Part shown: positions 6,923-16,748 of the stretch, piece after piece
Position numbering within the stretch: position 1 is the stretch's first letter
Layout: each line of letters opens with the position of its first letter
DNA from: an uncultured bacterium
GTDB lineage: Bacteria > Muiribacteriota > CAYSPT01
Direction of reading: 5' to 3'
DNA: 64,000 bases
Assembly: GCA_964432985.1 (NCBI GenBank)
Contig: CAYSPT010000011.1
Location: forward strand, 21,257 to 85,256
Position numbers and translations under genes: made by a program
Notes under the pieces: model-generated
Seen by the model: the letters and a program-made list of their open reading frames with translations, nothing else
Database searches by the model: none
What the model was told of the DNA's origin: nothing

Positions 6923-9718
6923 ATGAAGCACCGTAGTTTGACTATTCATGTGACGATAATGTTGGCCGCGGTTATGACACTGGCGGCGGTTATGATGCTG
7001 CCGGCCTTCCCGGTGGAAGCCCGTACGATCGACGTACTGCTGGCGGAGAAACTGGCGGAAGCAGAGCGCACCGGTGATATCGCCATGATCCCGGTCATCG
7101 TGGAGATGAAAGAAGAAGCCGACCTGGAAACGGTACGGGAGGGCGACGCTGCGGCAGTGTGCCTGGCGCTTCGGCACACGGCCGAAGAAAGCCAGCGCGA
7201 CCTGCTGGCCCAGCTGACCTCCAAAAACGGGGGCGGAGCGACGGACATAACCAGTTTCTGGGGTGTCAACGCCGTGGCGTTCACCGCCACACCCGATGTC
7301 ATCGAATCTGTTTCCCAGCGCCGCGACGTGGGACGGGTGTACCTGGACAGTGTCCACACCCTCCCCGAGGAGCCACGTTCACCGGCGGAGTTTCCTGAAA
7401 AAAGCGGTGCCGTGTGGAGCGTTGAGAAGATCAAGGCCGCCCGGGTGTGGGATACCCTGGGACTGACCGGCGCCGGCGTGGAAATCGGGCACATCGACAG
7501 CGGTGTGGCCGGCGATCATCCGGACCTGACTGGGCGGATCAAGGAGTTCCGCGATTTTTCAAGAGGCGGGATAGCGACCGAGCCGATCGACGATGGGGGG
7601 CACGGGACCCACACCGCCGGCACCATCTGCGGCGGCGACGCTTCCGGCAACACCATCGGCGTGGCACCTGGCGCCAAGCTCCTGGTGGCCAGGATATTCG
7701 ACAAGATCGGCCGGACCAGGGACACGTGGATACTTGGGGCCATGCAGTGGATGCTCGACCCCGACGGCAATCCCCGCACCAATGACGCCCCACCGGTGGT
7801 GAGCAACTCGTGGGGTTCATCCAACTCCAACGACCGTCTCTCCTGGAACATGATCAGAAACTGGCTGAAGGCGGGGATCTTTCCCTGTTTCGCCGCCGGC
7901 AACAGCGGTTATTACGGCTCCAGTACCATGGCCACGCCGGCTTCGTACCCGCACGTTTTCGCCGTGGGCAGCACCACCAGGACCAACGCCCTGTCGAAGT
8001 TTTCTTCCCGCGGGCCGTCTACCTGGAACGGCGTTGAGTATATCAAACCCCAGGTCACCGCTCCCGGCGACCAGGTCACCAGTGCCAGGCACACCGGAGG
8101 ATGGGTGGCCATGAGCGGTACCTCCATGGCCTGCCCCGCGGTGTCGGGGGTGGTGGCACTGCTCAACGAGATGAAGCCGGACATAACGCCGGCGGAAGTC
8201 CGGGCAGTACTGGAATCAACCGCCCGCGACCTGGGAGCACCCGGCAACGACAACAATTTCGGTTACGGCCTGGTGGACGCCCTGGCAGCCTGCAACACCC
8301 TCAAGACCGGGGGAACCCTGGTGGGCACTACCTGCGATGTGCATGGGAATCCCATCCGGGCCACCGTCAAGATTTTCGGACGCACACTGCCGCTTGACTC
8401 AGGCGGCGAGGGCACCTTTGCGATATTCCTGGAATCTGGTAATTACACCGTGCAGGCCGAGACCAGCGGTTACTACCCGTTCGAGAAATCGGTCGCCATC
8501 CGCAAGGGGCAGGCCACCATGCTGGATATCCGCTTCGAGCAGGCCGCTCCGGTAAAGCTCTACGGCCGGGTGACCAGCAATACCGGCCTACCGCTGGCCG
8601 CTCGCATCGTGGTGCTCGGTGACGACATGCCCGAAACCCGGGCCGACGAGAACGGCTATTACGAGCTCAGGCTTCCTGCGGGCCCGCAAACCCTGAGAGT
8701 ATTCCACACCGGTTACGCAACCGCCGGGGAAAAAGTCACCATCGGTTATGTAGACAAGGAGTTGAATATAATCCTGGAGAAACTGCCGCCGGTTCTGTTG
8801 GTGGACGACGATCATTACGCGCAATACGAAACCTACTACACCGAAGCGCTGCGTGCAGCCGGTTTATACTTCAATACCCGACATGTATCACCCGACACCG
8901 ACACCCTGCTGCAGTACCCGCTGGTGATCTGGTTTACCGGCGAGGACACGCACGACACGCTGTCCGAACAGAACCAGGAGGCCATCACCGGCTACCTGGC
9001 TGGCGGCGGCAGCCTCCTGCTGGCGGGGCAGAACATCGCCGCCGACCTGGCTCAAAGCAAATTCCTGCGGGAGACTCTCAAGGTGAACTACATGGATGAC
9101 AACGCCATGTCCGACATCCTCGACGGGACCGGTGGGCCGTTCACCGGCAAACGTTTCTACATCCATGGAGGCGTGGACGCCGTCAACCAGGCCCGGCCCG
9201 ACTGGATCACGCCCTTCAAGGACCACAGCACGGAATGCCTGCAGTACTCAAACGGCCGGGGAGCGGCGGTGTGCGTTGAAGACGAAACTTCGCGCCTCAT
9301 CTTCCTGGGATTCGGCTTCGAGGGGATCCACAAACCGGCGGCACGCTTCGAGTTCATGCAGCTTGCCTGCCGGTGGCTCCTGCCCACGCCGCGAGATACC
9401 CTGTCGCGGGTAGAGGCAGCGGTGACCGGGACGGATGATTTCGGGACCGTGGCCCTGTACTACCACCACGCCCGCGAGCGGATCGTGGCCGAACTTGACC
9501 GGGCGGTCGAAAGCGGCGACTGCGAAACCATCCGGGAGTGGACCCGGGCCATCAACTGCCTGGAAGACAGCCATACCCCCACGCTGAACCGGCTGATCTG
9601 GTCAGTTGGCGAATGGGCGTACGGCCAGCTGCAGGGGAAGGACCGACACGGTGACAGCGATCTTAACAAATCGCTCCGGGCTCTTCAGTACGAAGCGCTT
9701 CAGGACCGGATGAACTGA
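6923..9718 (+). CDS. secreted S8 subtilisin-like serine protease with carboxypeptidase-regulatory-like beta domains and C-terminal extension
   Basis: Catalytic motifs GHIDSGV (Asp), HGTHTAGT (His), SNSWG (Asn) and GTSMACPAVSG (Ser). Signal-peptide-like N-terminus. Downstream CarboxypepD_reg-like segments (GNYTVQAETSGYYPF, GYYELRLPAGPQTLRVFHTGY). Confidence 0.9.
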   Translation: MKHRSLTIHVTIMLAAVMTLAAVMMLPAFPVEARTIDVLLAEKLAEAERTGDIAMIPVIVEMKEEADLETVREGDAAAVCLALRHTAEESQRDLLAQLTSKNGGGATDITSFWGVNAVAFTATPDVIESVSQRRDVGRVYLDSVHTLPEEPRSPAEFPEKSGAVWSVEKIKAARVWDTLGLTGAGVEIGHIDSGVAGDHPDLTGRIKEFRDFSRGGIATEPIDDGGHGTHTAGTICGGDASGNTIGVAPGAKLLVARIFDKIGRTRDTWILGAMQWMLDPDGNPRTNDAPPVVSNSWGSSNSNDRLSWNMIRNWLKAGIFPCFAAGNSGYYGSSTMATPASYPHVFAVGSTTRTNALSKFSSRGPSTWNGVEYIKPQVTAPGDQVTSARHTGGWVAMSGTSMACPAVSGVVALLNEMKPDITPAEVRAVLESTARDLGAPGNDNNFGYGLVDALAACNTLKTGGTLVGTTCDVHGNPIRATVKIFGRTLPLDSGGEGTFAIFLESGNYTVQAETSGYYPFEKSVAIRKGQATMLDIRFEQAAPVKLYGRVTSNTGLPLAARIVVLGDDMPETRADENGYYELRLPAGPQTLRVFHTGYATAGEKVTIGYVDKELNIILEKLPPVLLVDDDHYAQYETYYTEALRAAGLYFNTRHVSPDTDTLLQYPLVIWFTGEDTHDTLSEQNQEAITGYLAGGGSLLLAGQNIAADLAQSKFLRETLKVNYMDDNAMSDILDGTGGPFTGKRFYIHGGVDAVNQARPDWITPFKDHSTECLQYSNGRGAAVCVEDETSRLIFLGFGFEGIHKPAARFEFMQLACRWLLPTPRDTLSRVEAAVTGTDDFGTVALYYHHARERIVAELDRAVESGDCETIREWTRAINCLEDSHTPTLNRLIWSVGEWAYGQLQGKDRHGDSDLNKSLRALQYEALQDRMN

Positions 9719-9815
9719 ACACGATAATTGAGAAGCGAGCAGGCTGCATCGAATGATTCCTGCTTCGCCCCGTGCAATAGCCACATGCGATAAGAGATAG
9801 AGAAGAGAAATTATT

Positions 9816-10529
9816 ATGAGAAACAAATGGTTATTATTCGCGCTGGTAACGCTGGTTATCGGTCTGGTGAGTTTGACGCCGGCTATGGCTGAAGACTTCA
9901 ATCACCTTGAAGAAGCGTTTGAGCTCCATCAACCGGGCAGCTTGTTATCCCTTGTTAAGGACGCGTTTGGCTTCGATTTTAGCGATTCGATCTCCAGGGC
10001 CGAGTATGAGAATATTCGCGTAAACCTCACCGCTCTCAAGGAGAAGGCCCGGTTCAAAGCGGTCAACGAACCGCACGGCACCCTGTATTCGGATCTTATC
10101 AAAGCTCTGGATGAGATTGAAAGCAACCTATCCGAACCTTCACCCGAGCCGCGGTTCACCCGGGACGCACTTGGCGTCATCACCGACAGCAAGACGAACC
10201 TGCAATGGCTCGAAGGTCCCAACCGGCCCTCGAGCTGGGAAGACGCACAGGAATGGATCCAGAGCCTGGGCGGTTCGTGGCGGACGCCGACACTGGCGGA
10301 ACTTGAAGGAATCTACCTGCCCGAGTCCCGGCGAAAAGGTATCTACGGGGACCCGCTGTGCCTGGATTACGCCTTTCAACGCGAAAGCGGCTACTCCCTG
10401 TGGTCCGTGGAGAGATACCCGGGAACGGCCTGGATGTTCGATTTCAGCCGCGGTTACGCCCACTGGATCGACACCTATTTCCCAGGTCATTTCGATCGGG
10501 CGGTGGCGGTAAGAGAGGCATACAACTGA
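9816..10529 (+). CDS. secreted DUF1566 (Lcl C-terminal-like) domain protein
   Basis: Signal peptide. TNLQWLEGPN...SWEDAQEWIQSLGGSWRTPTLAELEGIY resembles the DUF1566 pattern (...W.eA..yc..l....WRLPt..EL). Confidence 0.6.
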   Translation: MRNKWLLFALVTLVIGLVSLTPAMAEDFNHLEEAFELHQPGSLLSLVKDAFGFDFSDSISRAEYENIRVNLTALKEKARFKAVNEPHGTLYSDLIKALDEIESNLSEPSPEPRFTRDALGVITDSKTNLQWLEGPNRPSSWEDAQEWIQSLGGSWRTPTLAELEGIYLPESRRKGIYGDPLCLDYAFQRESGYSLWSVERYPGTAWMFDFSRGYAHWIDTYFPGHFDRAVAVREAYN

Positions 10530-10614
10530 CAACCGGGCAGAGGAAACGATCCGGCTTTTCAATAGACATTCAAACAACATGTGAAGGAATGAAAACAGAA
10601 ATGGAGAAAATATC

Positions 10615-11088
10615 ATGAAGAAAGCAATTTTGGTTATGGTGTTGGTTATGTGTACCGCAGCGGTCCACGCGGAGACGGTGCAACTGAAGTCCTTCGACGA
10701 AGTGATGGCGGCGCTGAATACCGGGGAACATGTGCGGGCCGTGTTTCATTACGGCAGGTGCAAGCTGATGATCGGCGACGAGGAGCACGAAGCTCCCGAC
10801 GCCGTGGGTGGCATGGCCATCGAGACCTACGAGTACTTCGCCCCGATGGTGGTCAGGAACAAGCTGGCCTACGTGGTCACCTCGGAGTCCAAACTGATCT
10901 ACCTGCCCCACCTCGGGTACGTCTACAACTACGTCAAGGTGAAGATCGCCAAAGACAATTCGGTGAAGATCATAGCCCAGTACCTGACGCCGGGAACCCT
11001 GGAGGTAAAGATGGACGAGACCTTCGTGACCAGCGTCAATGACGGCACCAACGATGTCCAGGCCGCGTACTTCTACAAGGCTCGTTAA
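10615..11088 (+). CDS. small secreted hypothetical protein
   Basis: Signal peptide MKKAILVMVLVMCTAAVHA|E. 157 aa. No family recognised with confidence. Confidence 0.55.
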   Translation: MKKAILVMVLVMCTAAVHAETVQLKSFDEVMAALNTGEHVRAVFHYGRCKLMIGDEEHEAPDAVGGMAIETYEYFAPMVVRNKLAYVVTSESKLIYLPHLGYVYNYVKVKIAKDNSVKIIAQYLTPGTLEVKMDETFVTSVNDGTNDVQAAYFYKAR

Positions 11089-11168
11089 GCACATTTCTAC
11101 CATCATCGTTAATGCAGCGGTCAGTTTCGAACTGCAGCACTGAGCATGCATCATGGAAATCCCGGTGC

Positions 11169-11227
11169 ATGCTCAATCCTGGCGTATGCTCAATCCTGGC
11201 GTATGCTCAATCCCGGCGTATGCTGGA
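11169..11227. repeat. 17-bp tandem repeat x3.5 (atgctcaatcctggcgt)
   Basis: Units at 11169-11185, 11186-11202 and 11203-11219, plus a partial unit. Intergenic. Confidence 0.9.
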
Positions 11228-11270
11228 TTTAGGCCTACGCTGACGCGGATATATGTTCACCTGTGGGGTT

Positions 11271-11310
11271 GTCTCAGATTTGGTACGATCGTCTCAAATT
11301 TGGTACAACC
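11271..11310. repeat. 20-bp tandem repeat x2 (gtctcaRatttggtacRaYc)
   Basis: gtctcagatttggtacgatc / gtctcaaatttggtacaacc, read directly. Confidence 0.8.
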
Positions 11311-11513
11311 CCTGAACAGACATCCCCCCCTTGCTTTCACATCCTGTTAAGAGTAGTCTTTTCACTACCCATTCTCAGACGGGCCGGTGGTGCTGCCGGG
11401 AGATCCCAACTCCGATCCGGCCTTTCTTTATGACCGTTTTTGTATTGCGTGCCCTCCAAACTTGCTAGTAGTATAATTGTAGAATCAGACATTTTGCTGC
11501 TCAAAGAGGGTGC

Positions 11514-14081
11514 TTGAACACTATGCAAAACAAACATGATTACAATAGAGTAACCGTGGGCGCAGGAGTTCTGGCTGTAATTCTGTTTGCCGCCTGTTTC
11601 TTCAGCCCTGGTCAGGCGTTCGGTAATGAAGGACGGATACCTTTCGGACATCTTCCTCTCAGCCCTTACCTGCGGATCGAACTCGCCCGGCAGGAGCAGG
11701 CTCAACTGAAACCCAGGAGTCCAGCTGCCGGATCAGCGCCGGTCAGAGTTCTTATCAGGGGAGCAAGTGACAGCACAGAAACAGTGGTAAACCTGGTTGA
11801 AGAAACCGGCGGCACCGTCCGGTCGATAGTGGGGCCGGTGATTTCAGCCAGCGTACCGGCGGCGGCAGTGCCGGCTCTCGCCGCTGAACCGGAAATAGCC
11901 TACATTTCCCATATAAAAAAGCACCGGCCGCTGCTGGACCTGAGCGTCCCCGCCGTCAGGGCAGACCGGGTACACACCTCTGCTATTGGTGACCGGCTGT
12001 CCCGGCAGTATACGGGCGACGGCGTGGTGGTGGGGGTGGCGGATTCCGGCATCGACTGGCGTCATCCCGACTTCATCAACGAAGATGGGACATCGAGAAT
12101 CCTTTACCTGTGGGACCAGACCGATGAACAGGGTCCGCCCCCGGACGGATTCGGCTTTGGAACCGAGTACGACCAGGACGACCTGAACGACGCTCTGCAG
12201 GGACTCGGCACCGTGGACCAGGCAGACACCAACGGGCATGGTACCCACGTAGCTTCTACCGCCGCCGGTAACGGCCGCTCGGAGGGAGGAACCCCCGGGG
12301 TGGCCCCGGAAGCCGATCTCATCGTGGTCAATATCACCTGGGATGATGATGACCTTATGGCCGCCGGCCAGTACATATTCCAGAAGGCCGGAGAACTGGG
12401 GAAACCATGCGTGATCAACCTCAGCCTGGGGACCCATAAGTCTCCCCACGACGGCACCGGTGTGGCCGCCGACGGTATGAACGCCCTGATGGGAGCCGGC
12501 CGCATCGTGGTGGCTGCCGCCGGTAACGAGGGGAGTTATCCGGCGGCTCACGTGGGGTACACCGCCGGAGCCGGCGATGCCGGCAGCCGCTTTACGCCGT
12601 TTGGTTTCTACCCCGGGGAGACGGACGGATCGGTGGACATCTGGTACGAGCCTCCCGGGGAGATCGAGTTCCGGGTGGACGTCTTCGATATGGACCTCAA
12701 TTTACTTATCTCCTCCGGCTGGGTCGAGCCGGGCTGGAGCGTCCAGAAGACAATCAAGAAAGGAGGCGATATCTACGGGACGGTGACGGTGGATGCCGAA
12801 GAGACCGCCAACCCTTTCAACGGCTCCAGACATGTGGCGGTGCAGCTCGAGGGAGACATGATCGCCTACGGGTACCTGGGGTACCTGCTCTGGTCACGGG
12901 GGACGGGGTACTTCGACGCCTGGATCGATCTCGGGGGATTTGAAAGTTCGGACTTCGGCGATGACTACAGCGGCGATTACGAGATGAGCGTGGGAGATCC
13001 GGCGGTAATAACGGATGTAATCGCGGTGGCCAGCTACACCACCCGGAACCAGTGGACTGATATCGATGGTGACACACATACCTACAGTGACACTGTGGGT
13101 GACATATCTCCGTTTTCCAGCCGGGGTCCAACCCGGAATGAAGCCCTGACCGGCGTGAAACCTGAGATCGCGGCCCCTGGATCAATGATCGCGGCCGCCC
13201 TGTCCGGGGACGCCGAAACAGACCGTTTTTTTGTAACTTCCGAAGGGGAGCATACCGTGAAGGCCGGGACAAGTATGGCCTGCCCCCACGTGGTGGGTGC
13301 GGTGGCGCTCATGCTTCAGAAAGATCCGGACCTGACGCCGGCAGAGGTGAAAACGTTGCTGTTCGACCAGGCTGTGGTGGACCAGTTCGTGGCCGATTCT
13401 ACCCTGGGTGAAACAGTACCCAACCACACCTGGGGATACGGCAAACTGGACGTCCTGGCAATCATGCATGCCATGGAAGCGTCCGATCCCGGGGTACCCA
13501 CAGGCACCATCACCATGACGGCCACTCCCGGTACGCTGCCGGCAGGCCCCGGCTACTTCTGCACCGTGGTGTCCGACATCATCACCGACGCCGCCCAGCA
13601 GCCGGTCGCCGACGGTACGACGTTTGACGTAACCGTGAGCGGAGCAAGCGGTAAGCTAAAACCGCACGATGATCTTTTTTATTCCGAGAGTATCGAAGCC
13701 ACGAGCGAAAACGGCCGGCTGGCTTTCTATTACAAGAATGTCGATGTCAATTCCCGGGAGGTTGAGATTACCGCTGCAAGCCGGGTCGGATTGGCAGAAG
13801 GGACCTTGAAGATTCCCTTGATTGCGGGACAGGGCACCGGGAAAGGGTGTTTTATTGCCACCGCCGCATATGGAAATCCCGGTGCATCACACCTGTCGGT
13901 GCTGCGTCGTTTCCGGGACCATTATCTTTGTACCTCCGTCTCGGGACGCCGGCTCGTGGAAGCATATTACCGCTGGTCGCCGCCCATGGCACAGGTAATT
14001 GAACAGAATCCATCTTTGCGTCATCTGGTAAGAAATCTGCTCGCACCGGTCACCGTGGGAATCAGCCTGCTTTTACCCTGA
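11514..14081 (+). CDS. secreted S8 subtilisin-like serine protease with CFIATAAYG-type C-terminal module
   Basis: Motifs GVADSGIDWRHPDF (Asp), GHGTHVASTAAG (His), NLSLG (Asn) and GTSMACPHVVGAVAL (Ser). The C-terminus is GCFIATAAYGNPGASHLSVLRRFRDHYL... followed by a terminal hydrophobic stretch. The start could be TTG 11514 or ATG 11523. Confidence 0.9.
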   Translation: MNTMQNKHDYNRVTVGAGVLAVILFAACFFSPGQAFGNEGRIPFGHLPLSPYLRIELARQEQAQLKPRSPAAGSAPVRVLIRGASDSTETVVNLVEETGGTVRSIVGPVISASVPAAAVPALAAEPEIAYISHIKKHRPLLDLSVPAVRADRVHTSAIGDRLSRQYTGDGVVVGVADSGIDWRHPDFINEDGTSRILYLWDQTDEQGPPPDGFGFGTEYDQDDLNDALQGLGTVDQADTNGHGTHVASTAAGNGRSEGGTPGVAPEADLIVVNITWDDDDLMAAGQYIFQKAGELGKPCVINLSLGTHKSPHDGTGVAADGMNALMGAGRIVVAAAGNEGSYPAAHVGYTAGAGDAGSRFTPFGFYPGETDGSVDIWYEPPGEIEFRVDVFDMDLNLLISSGWVEPGWSVQKTIKKGGDIYGTVTVDAEETANPFNGSRHVAVQLEGDMIAYGYLGYLLWSRGTGYFDAWIDLGGFESSDFGDDYSGDYEMSVGDPAVITDVIAVASYTTRNQWTDIDGDTHTYSDTVGDISPFSSRGPTRNEALTGVKPEIAAPGSMIAAALSGDAETDRFFVTSEGEHTVKAGTSMACPHVVGAVALMLQKDPDLTPAEVKTLLFDQAVVDQFVADSTLGETVPNHTWGYGKLDVLAIMHAMEASDPGVPTGTITMTATPGTLPAGPGYFCTVVSDIITDAAQQPVADGTTFDVTVSGASGKLKPHDDLFYSESIEATSENGRLAFYYKNVDVNSREVEITAASRVGLAEGTLKIPLIAGQGTGKGCFIATAAYGNPGASHLSVLRRFRDHYLCTSVSGRRLVEAYYRWSPPMAQVIEQNPSLRHLVRNLLAPVTVGISLLLP

Positions 14082-14191
14082 TTACATCACCGGGTTTAGG
14101 CGCACGCAGAGGGGTTTATCAAGTATAATGCTATCGGGTCCGCTTTTATGGCACATCATGAACCCAGCGGGCCGGTAGAGGAGCCTTGATC

Positions 14192-15541
14192 ATGTCTTCG
14201 TGCAGAACGCAGACTGCCCGGCTGTTAATAAAACGAGCCAAACACTCGTCAGTAATCATTCTGCTCGTGCTGTTCACTTTTCTCCTCAACGCCACAGCCC
14301 TGTTCGCCGCCCAGCCCCTGAGAGTCGTCACCTACAATATCGCCGCCGGCTGCGGGGAGAACAAGGGCTTTTTCACCCGCACGCTTCCCCACGGGACGGG
14401 CGCTTTGAAGAAAGTGGCCCGTGCCCTCAAAGAGATGGACGCGGACATCATCGCCCTGAACGAAGCTGATTTCAAGAACTACCGAAGCCTGTGGACGGAC
14501 CAGCCCAAGTACATCGCCAAAGAGTGTGGTATGCAGTACTCCTGCAAAGCCGCCGGCCAGAGCTTTTCGGTCTTCTTCAACTCCGGAAACGCCATCCTGA
14601 GCAAGCACCCCATCGTGAGCCATACGGCCCACAAGCTGTACAAAAAGGACGACATGCAGCGGGTCTGCCTGGAGGCGAAGGTCGACGTCAACGGCACCAT
14701 GGTCACCGTCCTCAACGTCCACCTCAGCACCACGGAGGAAGAACGGCTCAAGCAGATCGAAGAGGTGAAACGAATCGCCGCCGCCGTTTCCGGCCCGGTG
14801 GTCCTACTGGGTGATTTCAATGCGATCCCGTCCTCAAGGGTAATAGAATCTCTGCTCAAACCCGGACAGGACAAAGAGTTCCGGGACAGTAACATTGTTG
14901 TCAACGGACCTGATGCCGCCAATAATCGAAGGACCGTTCCGGCCTGGGAGCCAAAGGACGATGACGTCATTCTCGGTTGGTCGGGTACCGGGAACGAAAA
15001 GCAGGCCTGCATCGATTACATATTCACCTCGAACGACATCGGGGTGGAAGACAACTATACCCTGAACAACGCCACCCGGAAGACCTCCGACCACCTGCCC
15101 GTGGTGGCGAACCTGGTCATCCCGGACGCTGACGGCGGCGTGGAAAGCTACGACAGGGCGAAAGCCCGGGCGGCGCGCAAACAAAAACTGCTCGCCCGCT
15201 TGCACGAACTACAGGTGCGCCTGGATAAACTGGAGAGAAGAATTGATCGACTCGGAACAAAGCGCAAAAAGCTGTCCTGGTGGCGGGTCATATCCAAATT
15301 CACCAATGACCGGAAGCTCAAAAAGCTGAAGAAAAGGCTCGCCCTGCTGAAGCTGCAGCGGGACATCCTGGCTGAGCGGCTGGACAAGGAAAACCTGGAA
15401 GGTGAGGTGCCCGGAGCTGTACCGTCCAACGTAGTATTGCCGGCACCCGAACCATCCGGGACGGGAAGCCATGATGGCCCCGACTCGGGCACTAAGGAGA
15501 GCCCCGGTACCCTCTCACCGGACGACAAGACGTCTTTCTGA
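14192..15541 (+). CDS. secreted endonuclease/exonuclease/phosphatase (EEP) family protein with Lys/Arg-rich coiled-coil tail
   Basis: EEP motifs LRVVTYNI, IIALNEAD, NVHLS, LLGDFNA and SDHLPV. GAGGAG lies 8 nt upstream of ATG 14192 (the ORF track begins at TTG 14186). The tail carries KLLARLHELQVRLDKLERRIDRL heptads. Confidence 0.8.
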   Translation: MSSCRTQTARLLIKRAKHSSVIILLVLFTFLLNATALFAAQPLRVVTYNIAAGCGENKGFFTRTLPHGTGALKKVARALKEMDADIIALNEADFKNYRSLWTDQPKYIAKECGMQYSCKAAGQSFSVFFNSGNAILSKHPIVSHTAHKLYKKDDMQRVCLEAKVDVNGTMVTVLNVHLSTTEEERLKQIEEVKRIAAAVSGPVVLLGDFNAIPSSRVIESLLKPGQDKEFRDSNIVVNGPDAANNRRTVPAWEPKDDDVILGWSGTGNEKQACIDYIFTSNDIGVEDNYTLNNATRKTSDHLPVVANLVIPDADGGVESYDRAKARAARKQKLLARLHELQVRLDKLERRIDRLGTKRKKLSWWRVISKFTNDRKLKKLKKRLALLKLQRDILAERLDKENLEGEVPGAVPSNVVLPAPEPSGTGSHDGPDSGTKESPGTLSPDDKTSF

Positions 15542-15559
15542 ATGATAATCCGCAAGCGT

Positions 15560-16720
15560 TCAAACGACCGTCAGCAGATCTTTCCAACCCACCACGTTCC
15601 CGTAAGCGCGCTTCTGGCTGTCTGAGCCACCGTAGATGATATAATTCATATCCGGTGGCTGCCCGCTGATTTTAGACCAGTATTTGAGATTCTTGAAAAA
15701 ATCGGAAACGACGGTTGCACCCGATTTTATCTCAACCGCCCGACACCCGGCGCCACGCTCGAGCAGGCAGTCAATCTCATGCCCCGGCTTATCCCGCCAG
15801 TAGTAACAGTTCGTGCTCCTGACCCGGTTGAAAACAGATTTGAAGATCTCACTTATAATGAACGACTCGAACAAATGTCCCCGCAGGTAATGGGTACGAA
15901 GCTGTTCAGCCGTCTCCAGACCGAGCAGGGAGCACACCAGCCCGGTATCATAGAAGTACAGCTTCGGTGACTTGATTATCCTCTTGTTGAAGTTCTTGTA
16001 GTATGGCTGCAAGAGGAAGATAATGAAGCTTGCTTCCAGGATGGAAATCCAGGCACGCACCGTGTTGTGCGACACCCCGAGATCGTTGCCCAAAGAACTC
16101 ATATTGAGCACCTGCCCTACCCGGCCGGCGCACAGCTTGAGAAACCGCTGGAACGTGTTCAGATCGGAGATATTCTTGATCAGCCTGACATCCCGTTCCA
16201 CATACGCCTGGATGTAAAAGGGATACCACTCCCCGGGTGCCAGGTCCTTGTCGTAGAGGCGCGGGTAAAAACCGTTGAAGAGATGCCGGACATAATCGTC
16301 TTCCTGTTTTCCCACCGAGGCCAGTTCCTCCAGGCTCAACGGCAGGAGATTGAGGATGGCCGCCCTTCCCGCCAACGACTGCGATATCTGCTCGGACATG
16401 AGAAAATGCTGGGACCCGGTCAACAGGTATTGGCCCGGTTCGTCCCGGTCGTCTACTGCAGTCTGTATGTAGGAGAACAGCCTGGGAGCCCGTTGGGCTT
16501 CGTCGATAATCACGTGCAGCCCGTGCTCCTGAAGGAATCCCCGGGGGTCGTCGATCGCAAACTCCCGCTTGTCATGCTCCTCGAGCGATACATAGGTGTA
16601 ACCGGGAAACGCACTGCGGGCCAACGTGGTTTTGCCGGATTGGCGAGGACCTATCAGGCAGACAACCGGAAACTTGCCGGCAAATGCAACAAGGTTTTCG
16701 GTCAATGTTCTGGGTATCAT
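15560..16720 (-). CDS. AAA family ATPase (AAA_14 + DUF4143-type)
   Basis: Walker A GPRQSGKTT and Walker B VIIDEAQ. The C-terminal half ends in a restriction-endonuclease-like portion (HEIDCLLE), typical of the DUF4143 ATPases. Confidence 0.75.
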   Translation of the reverse strand: MIPRTLTENLVAFAGKFPVVCLIGPRQSGKTTLARSAFPGYTYVSLEEHDKREFAIDDPRGFLQEHGLHVIIDEAQRAPRLFSYIQTAVDDRDEPGQYLLTGSQHFLMSEQISQSLAGRAAILNLLPLSLEELASVGKQEDDYVRHLFNGFYPRLYDKDLAPGEWYPFYIQAYVERDVRLIKNISDLNTFQRFLKLCAGRVGQVLNMSSLGNDLGVSHNTVRAWISILEASFIIFLLQPYYKNFNKRIIKSPKLYFYDTGLVCSLLGLETAEQLRTHYLRGHLFESFIISEIFKSVFNRVRSTNCYYWRDKPGHEIDCLLERGAGCRAVEIKSGATVVSDFFKNLKYWSKISGQPPDMNYIIYGGSDSQKRAYGNVVGWKDLLTVV

Positions 16721-16748
16721 GGTTTAAGTATAGTACAAAATGGACAAA

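Noticed and set aside
6500-9718. Possible shared C-terminal helical module between the M14 carboxypeptidase and the first S8 protease (IAEQLAKEVAAGCPDK vs IVAELDRAVESGDCET)
   Set aside because: The similarity is short and weak by eye. It needs a real alignment, so it is not reported as a finding.
10570-11705. Minus-strand ORFs 10570..11154 (194 aa) and 11337..11705 (122 aa)
   Set aside because: The first lies antisense to a secreted-protein gene that has a clear signal peptide. The second spans an intergenic repeat region and the 5' end of the S8 gene. Neither has motifs or a convincing start context.
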